Positions 19,030 to 28,152 of a stretch of DNA of 64,000 bases are shown one piece after another. Source of the DNA: a virus (lineage: Duplodnaviria > Heunggongvirae > Uroviricota > Caudoviricetes); the IMG/VR virus record IMGVR_UViG_3300028585_000514; one strand, 5' to 3'. The notes beneath the pieces are model-generated. The model made no database searches and was not told the origin of the DNA. It saw only the letters and a program-made list of their open reading frames with translations. Position numbers and translations under genes: made by a program. Positions within the stretch are counted from its first letter, which is position 1. Each line of letters opens with the position of its first letter.

Positions 19030-20280
19030 ATGTCCGACGCTACAAAAATTCTTAAAGGTTATGGTGTTCAGCTCGAATCAAAAGCGCTGAATCAGTTTGG
19101 TGCAGCTGTTGGCGATTACGCTAAACAAGCTGGCTTGGGTCCACTTGCTGACATTGCACAGCAGTCGATCAATAACAAAGGCCTAACGGTCAAGACGCTT
19201 GGTGGTTTGGCATCGGTATTAGGTGTCAACAATCTAGACAATATGCTTGGCAACAAGCATGAATGGCAATCGCCGAAGTACGCTGCCGACTTGGTGCAAT
19301 ATGCGCCTAAGCATCGCTTCATTTTCAAGGTCAAGTTCATTTTCAACGAACCGTATTCCACGATGATCAATCGCGAATTCATGTACTTGGTCAAGGAAGT
19401 TGATAAGCCTACAGTTCACTGGGAATATGAAGAAGTGAATATGTACAACTTCAAAACCAAAGTGCTTAAGTCGATCAAGCACGAAGCGTTGAACATGACA
19501 TTCCACGATGACATCCAAAACAAGGTGCTTGACTTCTTCAATGCATACCGCCTAGCGTACTCACCGATTTCGTCGTTGACATATAACCAGAAAGCAATGT
19601 TTGAAAATTCTGGTATGGACTTCTACGAGCCAGGCACTGGTGGCATCAGCTCTGCATCAATGGGTCTCCTTGCTGGCGGTAACAAGAATGTATTAAGCCA
19701 CATCGAAGTCATCCAAGTGTATGCACATGGTACGAAGCAAAACGTGTTCATCTTCACCAACCCGAAGATCGAATCATTTGACTTTGACAACCTATCGATG
19801 GAATCATCTGAAGGCAATTCACTACAAGTCAGTTTCGCATATGATGCATTGTACGTGTATGACGATGTGACCAACGGTACTCCGGCTCCAGCGTGGGGTG
19901 CTGCTGATATTCTCGGCAACAAAGAGAATGGAACTCGCAATCAGTTCGGCAATCAGACAATGGGCGAAGACGTGATTGGTAAGCGTGCACCAACTGGCGC
20001 GTTAAGTGGTTTTGCTGATGCTCTTGGCAAGCCGATCAGTGCTATCACCTCGGCGTTTGGCGACGTGCAGAAATCAGTCAAAGGTATTGTTTCATCAGCG
20101 ACATCCGAAATCGATAAGCTAACGAAAGCGACGATCGGATCAGTGGTACCAGCAATCAATCAAGCGACAGCCGGTTTGTTTAAGCCAAGTGTTGCGCAGC
20201 AATTGGAAGCTCTTAAACCGAAGGTGGATTTGAAGAACATAATTGATCTTCCGAACCTTCCAAAAGACCCAATGGCATAA
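19030..20280 (+). CDS. T4 gp19-like tail tube / baseplate tube-junction protein
   Basis: PKHRFIFKVKF, VKEVDKP, EVNMYN.K, MTFHDD, LQVSFAYD; late promoter AATAAATA at 18999. Confidence 0.7.
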   Translation: MSDATKILKGYGVQLESKALNQFGAAVGDYAKQAGLGPLADIAQQSINNKGLTVKTLGGLASVLGVNNLDNMLGNKHEWQSPKYAADLVQYAPKHRFIFKVKFIFNEPYSTMINREFMYLVKEVDKPTVHWEYEEVNMYNFKTKVLKSIKHEALNMTFHDDIQNKVLDFFNAYRLAYSPISSLTYNQKAMFENSGMDFYEPGTGGISSASMGLLAGGNKNVLSHIEVIQVYAHGTKQNVFIFTNPKIESFDFDNLSMESSEGNSLQVSFAYDALYVYDDVTNGTPAPAWGAADILGNKENGTRNQFGNQTMGEDVIGKRAPTGALSGFADALGKPISAITSAFGDVQKSVKGIVSSATSEIDKLTKATIGSVVPAINQATAGLFKPSVAQQLEALKPKVDLKNIIDLPNLPKDPMA

Positions 20281-20289
20281 GGAGTAAAT

Positions 20290-20718
20290 ATGGCAGCAAA
20301 AGGATTATTCTTTCCAAAGTTTCCGGACAAGTATGTTGGCGATGTAAACAACATCGTGTACCGAAGCTCATGGGAACGTAAGTTCATGGAGTTCTGTGAT
20401 AACAACATGATGATTACGAAGTGGGGTAGTGAAGAGATTCGTATCCCTTACATCAAACCAACCACGAAAAAGATTCACCATTACTACCCAGACTTCTTCA
20501 TCTTGTACCAAGATGCGAGTGGGAAAATGGTTAAAGAAGTCATCGAGATTAAGCCGTCAAAAGAAGTTGCGTTGACTAAGAAGTCAAGCACATACGATAA
20601 GGTCGCGATTGCGATCAATGAAGCTAAATGGGAGGCAGCTAAACAGTTCTGTGCAAAGCATGGAATGGGGTTCCGCATCCTCACCGAAAAAAGCCTCTTT
20701 AGAACAGGAAAAAAATAA
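20290..20718 (+). CDS. gp4: head completion nuclease (T4 gp4 / TnsA-like)
   Basis: KYVGD..NIVYRSSWE, WGSEEI.IPY, YYPDF, EIKP, NEAKW, FRILTE. Confidence 0.92.
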   Translation: MAAKGLFFPKFPDKYVGDVNNIVYRSSWERKFMEFCDNNMMITKWGSEEIRIPYIKPTTKKIHHYYPDFFILYQDASGKMVKEVIEIKPSKEVALTKKSSTYDKVAIAINEAKWEAAKQFCAKHGMGFRILTEKSLFRTGKK

Positions 20719-21149
20719 TGGATCAAGCTCTAACCACGCATCACTTGGAGGATATTTTTGGCATCGAGCCAGGCACGACCATCTCTCCAGTGCAGCCACA
20801 AAATACACAGATCGTCACCACTGAAGACAATGATACTTCGTCGCTGATCAATGAAGAAGATCAAGCAGTCGCATCACAGCTTTCAACCATTTATGGTTAC
20901 GCAATCGATGCGTTCGAACAGCAAACACAGATGGTCCAGGAAGTTGACCCTAAGTTTGCTGCACGAAATGCTGAAGTTGCTGCACAGTATTTGAAAATTG
21001 CTCTTGACTCGGTTGAGACTCGTGCGAAGATTCGTCATGAGAAGTTGAAGTTGAAAGTCGATGGCGGCACGCCTAATACGGTGAACAATAATCTCATCGT
21101 TGCCGATCGTAACTCCATTTTGAAAATGCTAGCGGATACCAAAGAATGA
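20718..21149 (+). CDS. probable terminase small subunit (gp16-like)
   Basis: Helical core with ARNAEVA, C-terminal NTVNNNLIV..R..LKML; lies upstream of TerL. Confidence 0.6.
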   Translation: MDQALTTHHLEDIFGIEPGTTISPVQPQNTQIVTTEDNDTSSLINEEDQAVASQLSTIYGYAIDAFEQQTQMVQEVDPKFAARNAEVAAQYLKIALDSVETRAKIRHEKLKLKVDGGTPNTVNNNLIVADRNSILKMLADTKE

Positions 21150-21844
21150 AATCATTCAAGCAATTCATCAGCGAAGAGAATAAGGACGAGTTAGATCGTC
21201 TTCAGCTCGTCGACGCGCTCAATCTAGTCAATGAAGATTGCCAACAGTACCTCCGCAAAATGGCCAGTGATGGTAAGTTCTATTTGTTGTACGCTGGTTT
21301 GCCTTCAGAGAAGTGGCCATTAGGTGAGACTCAAGTTCGTAAGAACAAAGCGCCGGTGCCAACGCCAAAACGCATCCTTGATAGCTTCGATCGCGTGATG
21401 GATAAAGAGTACGGCAAAGAGTTTCGCTCTGATTCTTTCATTGCAACGGGCAATCCAGATGTTGCTGAAAAGCGTGGAGTGAAGCACGTGATCTTCCCTA
21501 TCGGACGATTCGATTACCTGTGGTCATATAAGATCAAAGACCTTGTCCATGGCATGGGGCATGAGGAAGACATTGCTGAGGGCGAAGGTCTATACTTCGA
21601 CATCCATGACGCGGAAGACGAAGATACTGAAGACAAAGTTGTCAAAGAGTTCCTCACCAAGAAAGAATTTAAGTATAACGAAGAGTTGAAGAAGTGTGCG
21701 GACAAGGGACATGATGTAATGATTGATTGTAAATATTACTACGCTATCCCGGTTCAGAAAATCGCTGAACATTTCGACACATTCAAGAAGATGATCGGTA
21801 ACGTTCACTTCGTTCAATCACTAAAATCAGATTTATCAAAATGA
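21146..21844 (+). CDS. putative capsid-internal protein, degenerate ART-like fold
   Basis: MKSFKQFISE N-terminus; LYAG...FRSDSFIATG...A...IFPIG.F.YLWS. Confidence 0.55.
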   Translation: MKSFKQFISEENKDELDRLQLVDALNLVNEDCQQYLRKMASDGKFYLLYAGLPSEKWPLGETQVRKNKAPVPTPKRILDSFDRVMDKEYGKEFRSDSFIATGNPDVAEKRGVKHVIFPIGRFDYLWSYKIKDLVHGMGHEEDIAEGEGLYFDIHDAEDEDTEDKVVKEFLTKKEFKYNEELKKCADKGHDVMIDCKYYYAIPVQKIAEHFDTFKKMIGNVHFVQSLKSDLSK

Positions 21845-23004
21845 AACCAACATTCAAATCCTTCCTTACTGAGATGAACTATGGCTCTTTGGTCAACAAA
21901 GAAAAATACAATAGTCTCGACGATGCTGACAAACAGCTTTACAAATACACCGCAGATGGTTTTACATTCTTAGATGATGTAATTGACGAATTACAAGAAC
22001 GTTATCCATTCAAGGGCGGTGTTCTATACCGCGGCCTTCACTTCGATTCACAAGAACAGCACGATGAACTTCTAGAAAAGATCGAAGCTGGAGATGTAAA
22101 CTTTGCTGGCACTTCTTCTTGGACTCCAAACAAATCCACTGCGCAAGATTTTGCTCGTACCAAGAAGACGTATTTCCCAACTCCAGAAATTATGAAGGCT
22201 GAACGTGATCGCAATACTCGCGGCGACCATATGACTGGCTACGGCGGCATCGTTATCACCACTAAGGTAAAGAAGAATGTTGGATGCGATGTAAACGAAT
22301 CAGAGTTTGCTAAAGAGTCTGAAGTGCTCTTGCCTCCTGGTAAATACAAGGTGGCTGTTGAGGAATTAGTTGAGCCGTATAAGCGTAAATACGACAGTAA
22401 AGAAAAGGTAGCTAAGCTGCTTAAGCAAATCAAAAATGCAAAGAGCCATAACAGCGAAACTTCAAAGCTTGCTGATTACGTGGTTCGTTCTTGGTTTGAT
22501 CAGTTGGAGCCAGAAGAAGTTGACGTCATTGCTGAATACGCCGCACACCGTTTCCTAACGTTGCCTATCGAAGAGTTGAAGGCTAAGTGCATTACTTTCG
22601 AAGTGTCAGCAAACTACTTCAAAAAGTCCACATTCCGTCTTGAATTGGATTGCTCATTGCCGTTGGATGAAAAGCTTTATGACAAGTGTTCTCCAAAAAT
22701 GAAAGCAGTGTTTGATAAACGAATTAATGTTGTGCTCAAGAGACTGGATGAAGTTGTCAAGAAGTTGATGGACCATGAAGAGCTTGGGAAGATTACTGAG
22801 TTCCGCATTGACGGCATCAAAGAGCTGCGCGCCTTCGGTGATTCTAAGGTCGACAAAGCTATTGTTCCATTGAAGAAGTTCTTGGGTTCAAAATACCATG
22901 AGTTGAATTCGCGTGAGGTGAATAAGTCGCTGAAGACGATGGATGATATTCGTGCGCATGGTGAAACCCTTCAGCAAGTGCTACAGGCAATTACAAAACT
23001 TTGA
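21841..23004 (+). CDS. putative packaged ADP-ribosyltransferase (R-S-E clade, Alt-like)
   Basis: KYT, LYRGL, TSSWT, ESEVLLPPG catalytic ExE motif; MKPTFKSFLTE N-terminus. Confidence 0.72.
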   Translation: MKPTFKSFLTEMNYGSLVNKEKYNSLDDADKQLYKYTADGFTFLDDVIDELQERYPFKGGVLYRGLHFDSQEQHDELLEKIEAGDVNFAGTSSWTPNKSTAQDFARTKKTYFPTPEIMKAERDRNTRGDHMTGYGGIVITTKVKKNVGCDVNESEFAKESEVLLPPGKYKVAVEELVEPYKRKYDSKEKVAKLLKQIKNAKSHNSETSKLADYVVRSWFDQLEPEEVDVIAEYAAHRFLTLPIEELKAKCITFEVSANYFKKSTFRLELDCSLPLDEKLYDKCSPKMKAVFDKRINVVLKRLDEVVKKLMDHEELGKITEFRIDGIKELRAFGDSKVDKAIVPLKKFLGSKYHELNSREVNKSLKTMDDIRAHGETLQQVLQAITKL

Positions 23005-23045
23005 TGAACGATAAATACGATTACTCCATAACATAATCGTATATC

Positions 23046-23903
23046 ATGAAGATTACATTCAAAGATTTTCACAACGTGAATCTGAATGAGGTGTTGAAAG
23101 TAGACGGCAAAGACAATGTCGTCTACACAATGCAATCCACCAAGTTCGGCTCGTCAAAAACAGAAATTGACACCTACGACAAAGCTCCGTGGTACAACGA
23201 GCACAGCGCTTCCAAAACTGGTGGCATTGACGTCTATAGCGCCTATCTTTACAAGCACAGCAAAATGGTAACTAACATCCTTCATTCATTGAAGGGTGAT
23301 GGACCATATACTGTCGCCGACTCAACTCGTCAAAAACTTCTTAAGGCTACTGCGCAGCGCACTGCTGCTCTAGTCCGCCAAAAGAAAATTGACACTATCA
23401 TTTTTCCAAAGTCAAGCTCGCCATTCCTAAAAGAATTTGTTGGCTATATCAAGCAAGAACTTGGTAACGCGAATGTCACGGTGATGGATGAAGCAATCAT
23501 CAAGAAGCAGATCGATGCCGTTAGTGTCGAAAAGAAAGACTTCTCTGAATTGATCGACTTCGAGAATCCTAAGTTCAATACTTTGAAGCCAGCCACGATT
23601 AAAGCGTTGGAGAAGCAAATCGAAACAAGTATCAAAGCCAATGCCGAAAATGGCAAGGGCAATACTATTTCAATGAAGGACATTTACAAGGGTCAAGCGA
23701 AGTTTGTGAAAGACTTCTTAGAAATCGTCAAAGACCTATCAGAAATGTTGCATGATAAGAATGTTATGCTTATCGACGATGTGCTATCGTCCGGAGCCAC
23801 ATTCTCCGAAATGGTTCGATTGATTCAAAAAGAAAAAGTTAAGAGCATGATTGGTCTAACGATCTTCAAACTCACTGGTAGCGGCGCGAAGAAAGACGAA
23901 TGA
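23046..23903 (+). CDS. type I phosphoribosyltransferase-domain protein
   Basis: VMLIDDVLSSGATF PRPP-binding loop; late promoter 23010-23017. Confidence 0.8.
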   Translation: MKITFKDFHNVNLNEVLKVDGKDNVVYTMQSTKFGSSKTEIDTYDKAPWYNEHSASKTGGIDVYSAYLYKHSKMVTNILHSLKGDGPYTVADSTRQKLLKATAQRTAALVRQKKIDTIIFPKSSSPFLKEFVGYIKQELGNANVTVMDEAIIKKQIDAVSVEKKDFSELIDFENPKFNTLKPATIKALEKQIETSIKANAENGKGNTISMKDIYKGQAKFVKDFLEIVKDLSEMLHDKNVMLIDDVLSSGATFSEMVRLIQKEKVKSMIGLTIFKLTGSGAKKDE

Positions 23904-23956
23904 TTTCGCCGCCGATAAATAAATAACAACAGCAACATAACTATCTCCATATCACC

Positions 23957-25606
23957 ATGACAGAAACATTCAAACACTTTATCGTCGAAGCGGAAGACCG
24001 CGCGTCCGATATCAATCGCATCATTCTTCTAATCCAGAAGCGTATGCCACAATTGCTTAACACCAAAATCTATCGTTTCGGTGGTAAGGATGGCATCGAA
24101 GAACTAAGTGGTGGCGCCAAAGGCTACCTATTCTTCTTCGCTAAAGGCAAGGCTTTCCGTGTTCGCGTTCGTAAGAACCATATCGAAGCATTTGACATCT
24201 GGAAACAGTACACCCTAAATGGTCGTCCAGATTTCACCGTTGACACTAAGGACCTAACCGTCGCTCAAGTCGCAGGCGAACTAAAGAAGATCGCTCAAAT
24301 CATCAAGACTCCAAAGACCGGCACTATCGAGATCAGCACCGTCGCAGAGAGCGTTTCATTCGAAGTTGATGAAGCACTATACGAAGCTAAAGGCGTGAGC
24401 GCTGAAGCGTTCCTGAAGCTCGCACAAGACGCTGGCCTAGATGTCAACTCTGTGACTTGGGATCAGATCGTCCGCACTGCTAAGGACAACAACGTCGCAG
24501 TGCCAAACAAGAAATGGCTTGATGGTCAAAAGATCGGTCGCGGTAAGTGGACTCTAGTCCCGGGCGCTGGTGGAGAAGCTGCTGCTTCAGGTGGTGGTTC
24601 TACCGCTGCTGCTGCTCCTAAGAAAGCTGATCCGATCATGTACATCAAGGTCACCGCTCAGGACCCAGACACCAAGAAGTTCATCCCGACGGCGGATAAC
24701 AAACAAGCTCAAGCTCTTTACAAGCAGATTCAAGCATCGCTAAGCCCTAATGCTAAGCCAAGCGAAGAAGAGATGCGTGACGTGGATTCGCTATACGGTG
24801 ACTTGTATCGTCTAGTGACTATGGCTTGCAAAGGCTCACTACGTTCCCTACTAATCTATGGTGGCCCAGGTACTGGTAAGACTTTCACCATTATGCAGGC
24901 AATCAAAGAAGCCGGCCTAACCAAAGGTAAGGACTACGTCAAGCTATCTGGTAAAGCATCACCTATCGAGATTTACAAGACTCTGTTCATGTTCCGTAAA
25001 GGCGGTCTAGTTCTATTCGATGACTTGGACTCCATGTGGAAAGACAAGGACGCTTCGAACTACCTAAAGGCAGCGCTAGACACTTCACCAGTTCGCGAGA
25101 TTTCATCTCTGTCGAATCAGATGAAGAACGTCTCGAAGATGTCCGACAAGGAACGCGAAGAGTACAACGAACTATTCGACAAATACCTAGAAGGTGAAAA
25201 TGTCGAAGAGGAAGAGGACGAAGGCGACGAGGACGAAGAAGGCGGCAAGAAAAAGAAGGCCAAGAAAGAGAAGATGAAGTTCCCTTCAACCTTCGAATTC
25301 AAAGGTCGTGTCGTGTTCATCTCGAACCTAGTCAAGTCAGAGTTCGATACCGCGATCCTATCGCGTTCGGCTAAGATCGATATGTCACTAACTCCGCAAG
25401 AGACTTTGAAGCGTATGCGTTCAATTCTACCTTCACTAGGTGGTACCGACGTTTCAGTTGACGACAAAGAAACTCTGATCCAAGAGTTGCTACGTCTAAA
25501 TGGCAGTGGTGAACTAGAAGCCGTGACGATGCGAGAATTTATCAAAGGACTGGATATTGTACGTTCGGGTGATCCTAACTGGGTATCACTTGTAAAATAC
25601 GCATAA
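23957..25606 (+). CDS. AAA+ ATPase-domain protein
   Basis: IYGGPGTGKT, VLFDDLD, LKAALD, VFISN, AILSRS; MTETFKHFIVE N-terminus; tandem late promoters 23914-23925. Confidence 0.85.
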   Translation: MTETFKHFIVEAEDRASDINRIILLIQKRMPQLLNTKIYRFGGKDGIEELSGGAKGYLFFFAKGKAFRVRVRKNHIEAFDIWKQYTLNGRPDFTVDTKDLTVAQVAGELKKIAQIIKTPKTGTIEISTVAESVSFEVDEALYEAKGVSAEAFLKLAQDAGLDVNSVTWDQIVRTAKDNNVAVPNKKWLDGQKIGRGKWTLVPGAGGEAAASGGGSTAAAAPKKADPIMYIKVTAQDPDTKKFIPTADNKQAQALYKQIQASLSPNAKPSEEEMRDVDSLYGDLYRLVTMACKGSLRSLLIYGGPGTGKTFTIMQAIKEAGLTKGKDYVKLSGKASPIEIYKTLFMFRKGGLVLFDDLDSMWKDKDASNYLKAALDTSPVREISSLSNQMKNVSKMSDKEREEYNELFDKYLEGENVEEEEDEGDEDEEGGKKKKAKKEKMKFPSTFEFKGRVVFISNLVKSEFDTAILSRSAKIDMSLTPQETLKRMRSILPSLGGTDVSVDDKETLIQELLRLNGSGELEAVTMREFIKGLDIVRSGDPNWVSLVKYA

Positions 25607-25639
25607 TCACAAATCGACTGAGTGATAAATCACTCTAAT

Positions 25640-25675
25640 AAATACCTCCGTAATCACATACGGAGGTATTTTTTT
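25640..25675 (+). terminator. terminator overlapping a late promoter
   Basis: AAATACCTCCGTA-ATCACA-TACGGAGGTATTT plus T run; AATAAATA at 25637-25644. Confidence 0.75.
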
Positions 25676-25692
25676 ATGAACTCGGAACAAAT

Positions 25693-26292
25693 ATGAAAAT
25701 ACAAGAATTGTGCGATCCTGTTGCAGCAGCGAGGGAGATGGAAGACCTTAATGCGCAGATGGTCGATGCCACGGGAGAATACCGTGCACTTAGAACACCA
25801 GCAGCGTTGAAGAAAATTACAGACCTAAATGTCAAAATTCAAAAACTTCTCGCTGATAGAGGCAGAGAATATGGTTCAATATACGAAACCCTAGATTCAA
25901 AAGTTGACCTAGAGCAAATTGAAGATAATAGCAAAATGACTCAATGGGTTCTTAAAACAAGCAAGTCTTCAATTCTTTTTGAAATGCGCTGGTTTGGGTC
26001 CAACCATTCGGTTGGCGACTTTTACTTTAAGGACATCAAAGGTGGTTATAAGCTTACTGGTAATGGTGATGAACTAAAAATCTTTGCGGCCTGCAAGCAA
26101 ATCCTAGAGTGGGCAATCAAGGAAAAAGGTACGAACACCATTTCGTTTGAGGCTGACAAATCAGCTGGCAACGGAGTGCGCGACCAAGTGTATCGTCGAT
26201 TGCTAAAGCGCTGGACGCCGCCTGGGTTTGAGTTTAGTGAAATCACTGATGAACACTCAGCGAATTTCTTTTTGCGAAAGAAGAGGGCCTGA
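25693..26292 (+). CDS. hypothetical; C-terminal domain paralogous to the 42049-43368 trio
   Basis: LTGNGDELKIF...ISFEADK...R.QVYRRLLKR. Confidence 0.75.
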   Translation: MKIQELCDPVAAAREMEDLNAQMVDATGEYRALRTPAALKKITDLNVKIQKLLADRGREYGSIYETLDSKVDLEQIEDNSKMTQWVLKTSKSSILFEMRWFGSNHSVGDFYFKDIKGGYKLTGNGDELKIFAACKQILEWAIKEKGTNTISFEADKSAGNGVRDQVYRRLLKRWTPPGFEFSEITDEHSANFFLRKKRA

Positions 26293-26293
26293 T

Positions 26294-26656
26294 ATGAGAG
26301 TGTTAGAAATCCTATGCGAAGACTTCGCGGACAATGGCCTCTTTGCCCTCTATGAAAATCTAGAAAAGTTAGGCGTAGATACGTTCATCACTGAGCGTAA
26401 AGGCGTTATCATTATTTCAAAGATCGTCGTCAAGAAAGATGCTCGCAATCAAGGCACAGGTACCAAAGCAATGGAGTTGATTACCGAGTATGCCGATAAG
26501 CGTGGCATGCCACTAGCGCTTACGCCAACAAACGATTTTGGCGGGACCAAAACTCGCTTGGTACAATTCTATAAACGCTTTGGCTTCGTGGAAAATAAGG
26601 GAATGTATAGAAATCCTAACACAACCGAGACAATGATTCGACGTGCGAAAAAATAA
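26294..26656 (+). CDS. GNAT acetyltransferase
   Basis: IVVKKDARNQGTGT acetyl-CoA motif A, RLVQFYKRFGF motif B; MRVLEILCE N-terminus. Confidence 0.88.
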   Translation: MRVLEILCEDFADNGLFALYENLEKLGVDTFITERKGVIIISKIVVKKDARNQGTGTKAMELITEYADKRGMPLALTPTNDFGGTKTRLVQFYKRFGFVENKGMYRNPNTTETMIRRAKK

Positions 26657-26712
26657 TGCACCTTTCTTTAAAGTTTGTGATATGATTACATCATCGACTT
26701 TAGGAGTGATTT

Positions 26713-26814
26713 ATGTACCAAGCTTATCAGGCATACGAGATGGAATGCAAACGCAGCAACATTGAGCCGCTGTCGTACGATGAGTGGTTTGCCCTTGACG
26801 ATCTGGTGGACTGA
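26713..26814 (+). CDS. 33-aa hypothetical (not in ORF track)
   Basis: SD AGGAG; MYQAYQAYEMECKRSNIEPLSYDEWFALDDLVD*; TGATG coupling to next gene; TG-TATGAT -10 upstream. Confidence 0.6.
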   Translation: MYQAYQAYEMECKRSNIEPLSYDEWFALDDLVD

Positions 26815-27053
26815 TGACTACTAACACCATCTTTCAGCGTAAGCTGACGCAGACGGCCAATGCTGCTGAGAAATTCACGAAGCTGCAGCAAGAGGTGGGC
26901 GAGATGTTCGTCGAACGGTATGGTGTCCACTATTCGGATGTCGACTGCGACGCAATCATCGATACGCTGAATCAAGGCGGCGGTGAAATTACCATTGCAC
27001 AATGCGATGAATACATGACCGCATGTGGTCATCCACCGTTGGAGAAGAAATGA
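26814..27053 (+). CDS. hypothetical protein
   Basis: Translationally coupled ORF. Confidence 0.65.
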   Translation: MTTNTIFQRKLTQTANAAEKFTKLQQEVGEMFVERYGVHYSDVDCDAIIDTLNQGGGEITIAQCDEYMTACGHPPLEKK

Positions 27054-27358
27054 CACGCGATGAAGAACTGACTTTGCTGAACGAAGCTTCAGCTGTGTTG
27101 GCACAAGAAGGATATGTGAGGCATTCGAAGGTGATCGCTGACCTACTGGAGCGTATGAAAAACATTCCAATCTGTGTCGTCAAAATCCACAAGCTGAAAA
27201 AGAAAGACCACAGCGAATATTTGATGAGCGATGGGTCGATCCAGGTTTTGAAGGATATGGAAGCGCTCATCTCCGCTGCACATCATCAAGCTAGTCTTTT
27301 GATCGCACAGGCAGAAGTACGCGAGCTGCGTGCTAAGGTCGCCGAATTGACCAAGTAA
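27050..27358 (+). CDS. hypothetical protein
   Basis: ATGA overlap; terminator at 27377-27406 follows. Confidence 0.65.
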   Translation: MTRDEELTLLNEASAVLAQEGYVRHSKVIADLLERMKNIPICVVKIHKLKKKDHSEYLMSDGSIQVLKDMEALISAAHHQASLLIAQAEVRELRAKVAELTK

Positions 27359-27455
27359 ATACCGATTCCGGTATTCAAAAAGGCTGAGAGCGATCTCGGC
27401 CTTTTTGGCATCTAGAGTGATACAATAGTCGGCATAACTCTAATAAGAATAATAC

Positions 27456-27692
27456 ATGAAGTATTACGAACCCTCTACCGCCCACTTCAATTGGGTGCAT
27501 CAATATGACGCGAATGGAAACATCGTAGGACATAGCTCGATCAGACCTGGTTTTTGGTTTGACGACATGGACGATCTTACGAAATACCTTCGTGACGAGC
27601 ATAACATCACCCGCTACCACGTAGCAGCAGATGGCACCGTTTCCTACGGTCTTGCAATCATCGGCTACATCAAAAACTCTCCAAACGAATAA
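27456..27692 (+). CDS. hypothetical protein
   Basis: ORF after TGaTACAAT extended -10. Confidence 0.6.
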   Translation: MKYYEPSTAHFNWVHQYDANGNIVGHSSIRPGFWFDDMDDLTKYLRDEHNITRYHVAADGTVSYGLAIIGYIKNSPNE

Positions 27693-27694
27693 AC

Positions 27695-28010
27695 CCCACG
27701 GTACTCCGCACCGTAAGTCAGTGCGCCTAGTGTCGCGGCGGCTCGGAAGAAAAGCGACATTATCTACAGGCCTTAGATAACCCGTGAGGGTAAATCATGG
27801 CGGCCCTTTCGTTTCCATACCAACTGGGAACATCCGGACTCGGGGCACACCTATGTAAGCGCATAGGAAATAAACAGCAAAACTCATTAATCCTTCTCGC
27901 AAGAGTATTCATTGTGGTTCTGTTCCACTGCTGATAATTTGCGGCCAATATTCCAGCTTCGGTAACTGGAGGTACGGTCGTACGCTTAACGACGATTCAT
28001 TACACGCCCC
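27695..28010 (-). ncRNA. candidate structured non-coding RNA (unclassified) or origin element
   Basis: At least seven stems in an ORF-free gap; several A-C mismatches on + become G-U pairs on -. Confidence 0.45.
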
Positions 28011-28152
28011 ATTGCGAACGAATGTCGTTGCAGAATGCTTCTCCCAAGCTTCTGAATTTTCTTCTTCCTATTATTTTCTTTTTATTATAGGTGAAGAGAA
28101 GAGTCCGGGATTCGCCCGAAACTTCCATAAATAAAGAAAAACAATAACAAAT

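Noticed and set aside
27695-28010. tmRNA identity (minus strand begins GGGGC, similar length)
   Set aside because: No T-arm/CCA 3' end and no tag frame ending in Ala-Ala-stop; kept only as an unclassified structured element
28100-28127. CGGG-ATTCG-CCCG...TTCCA looks like a tRNA T-arm with CCA
   Set aside because: Loop is 5 nt rather than 7, no D or anticodon arms or acceptor partner; the CCA is part of the late promoter CATAAATA
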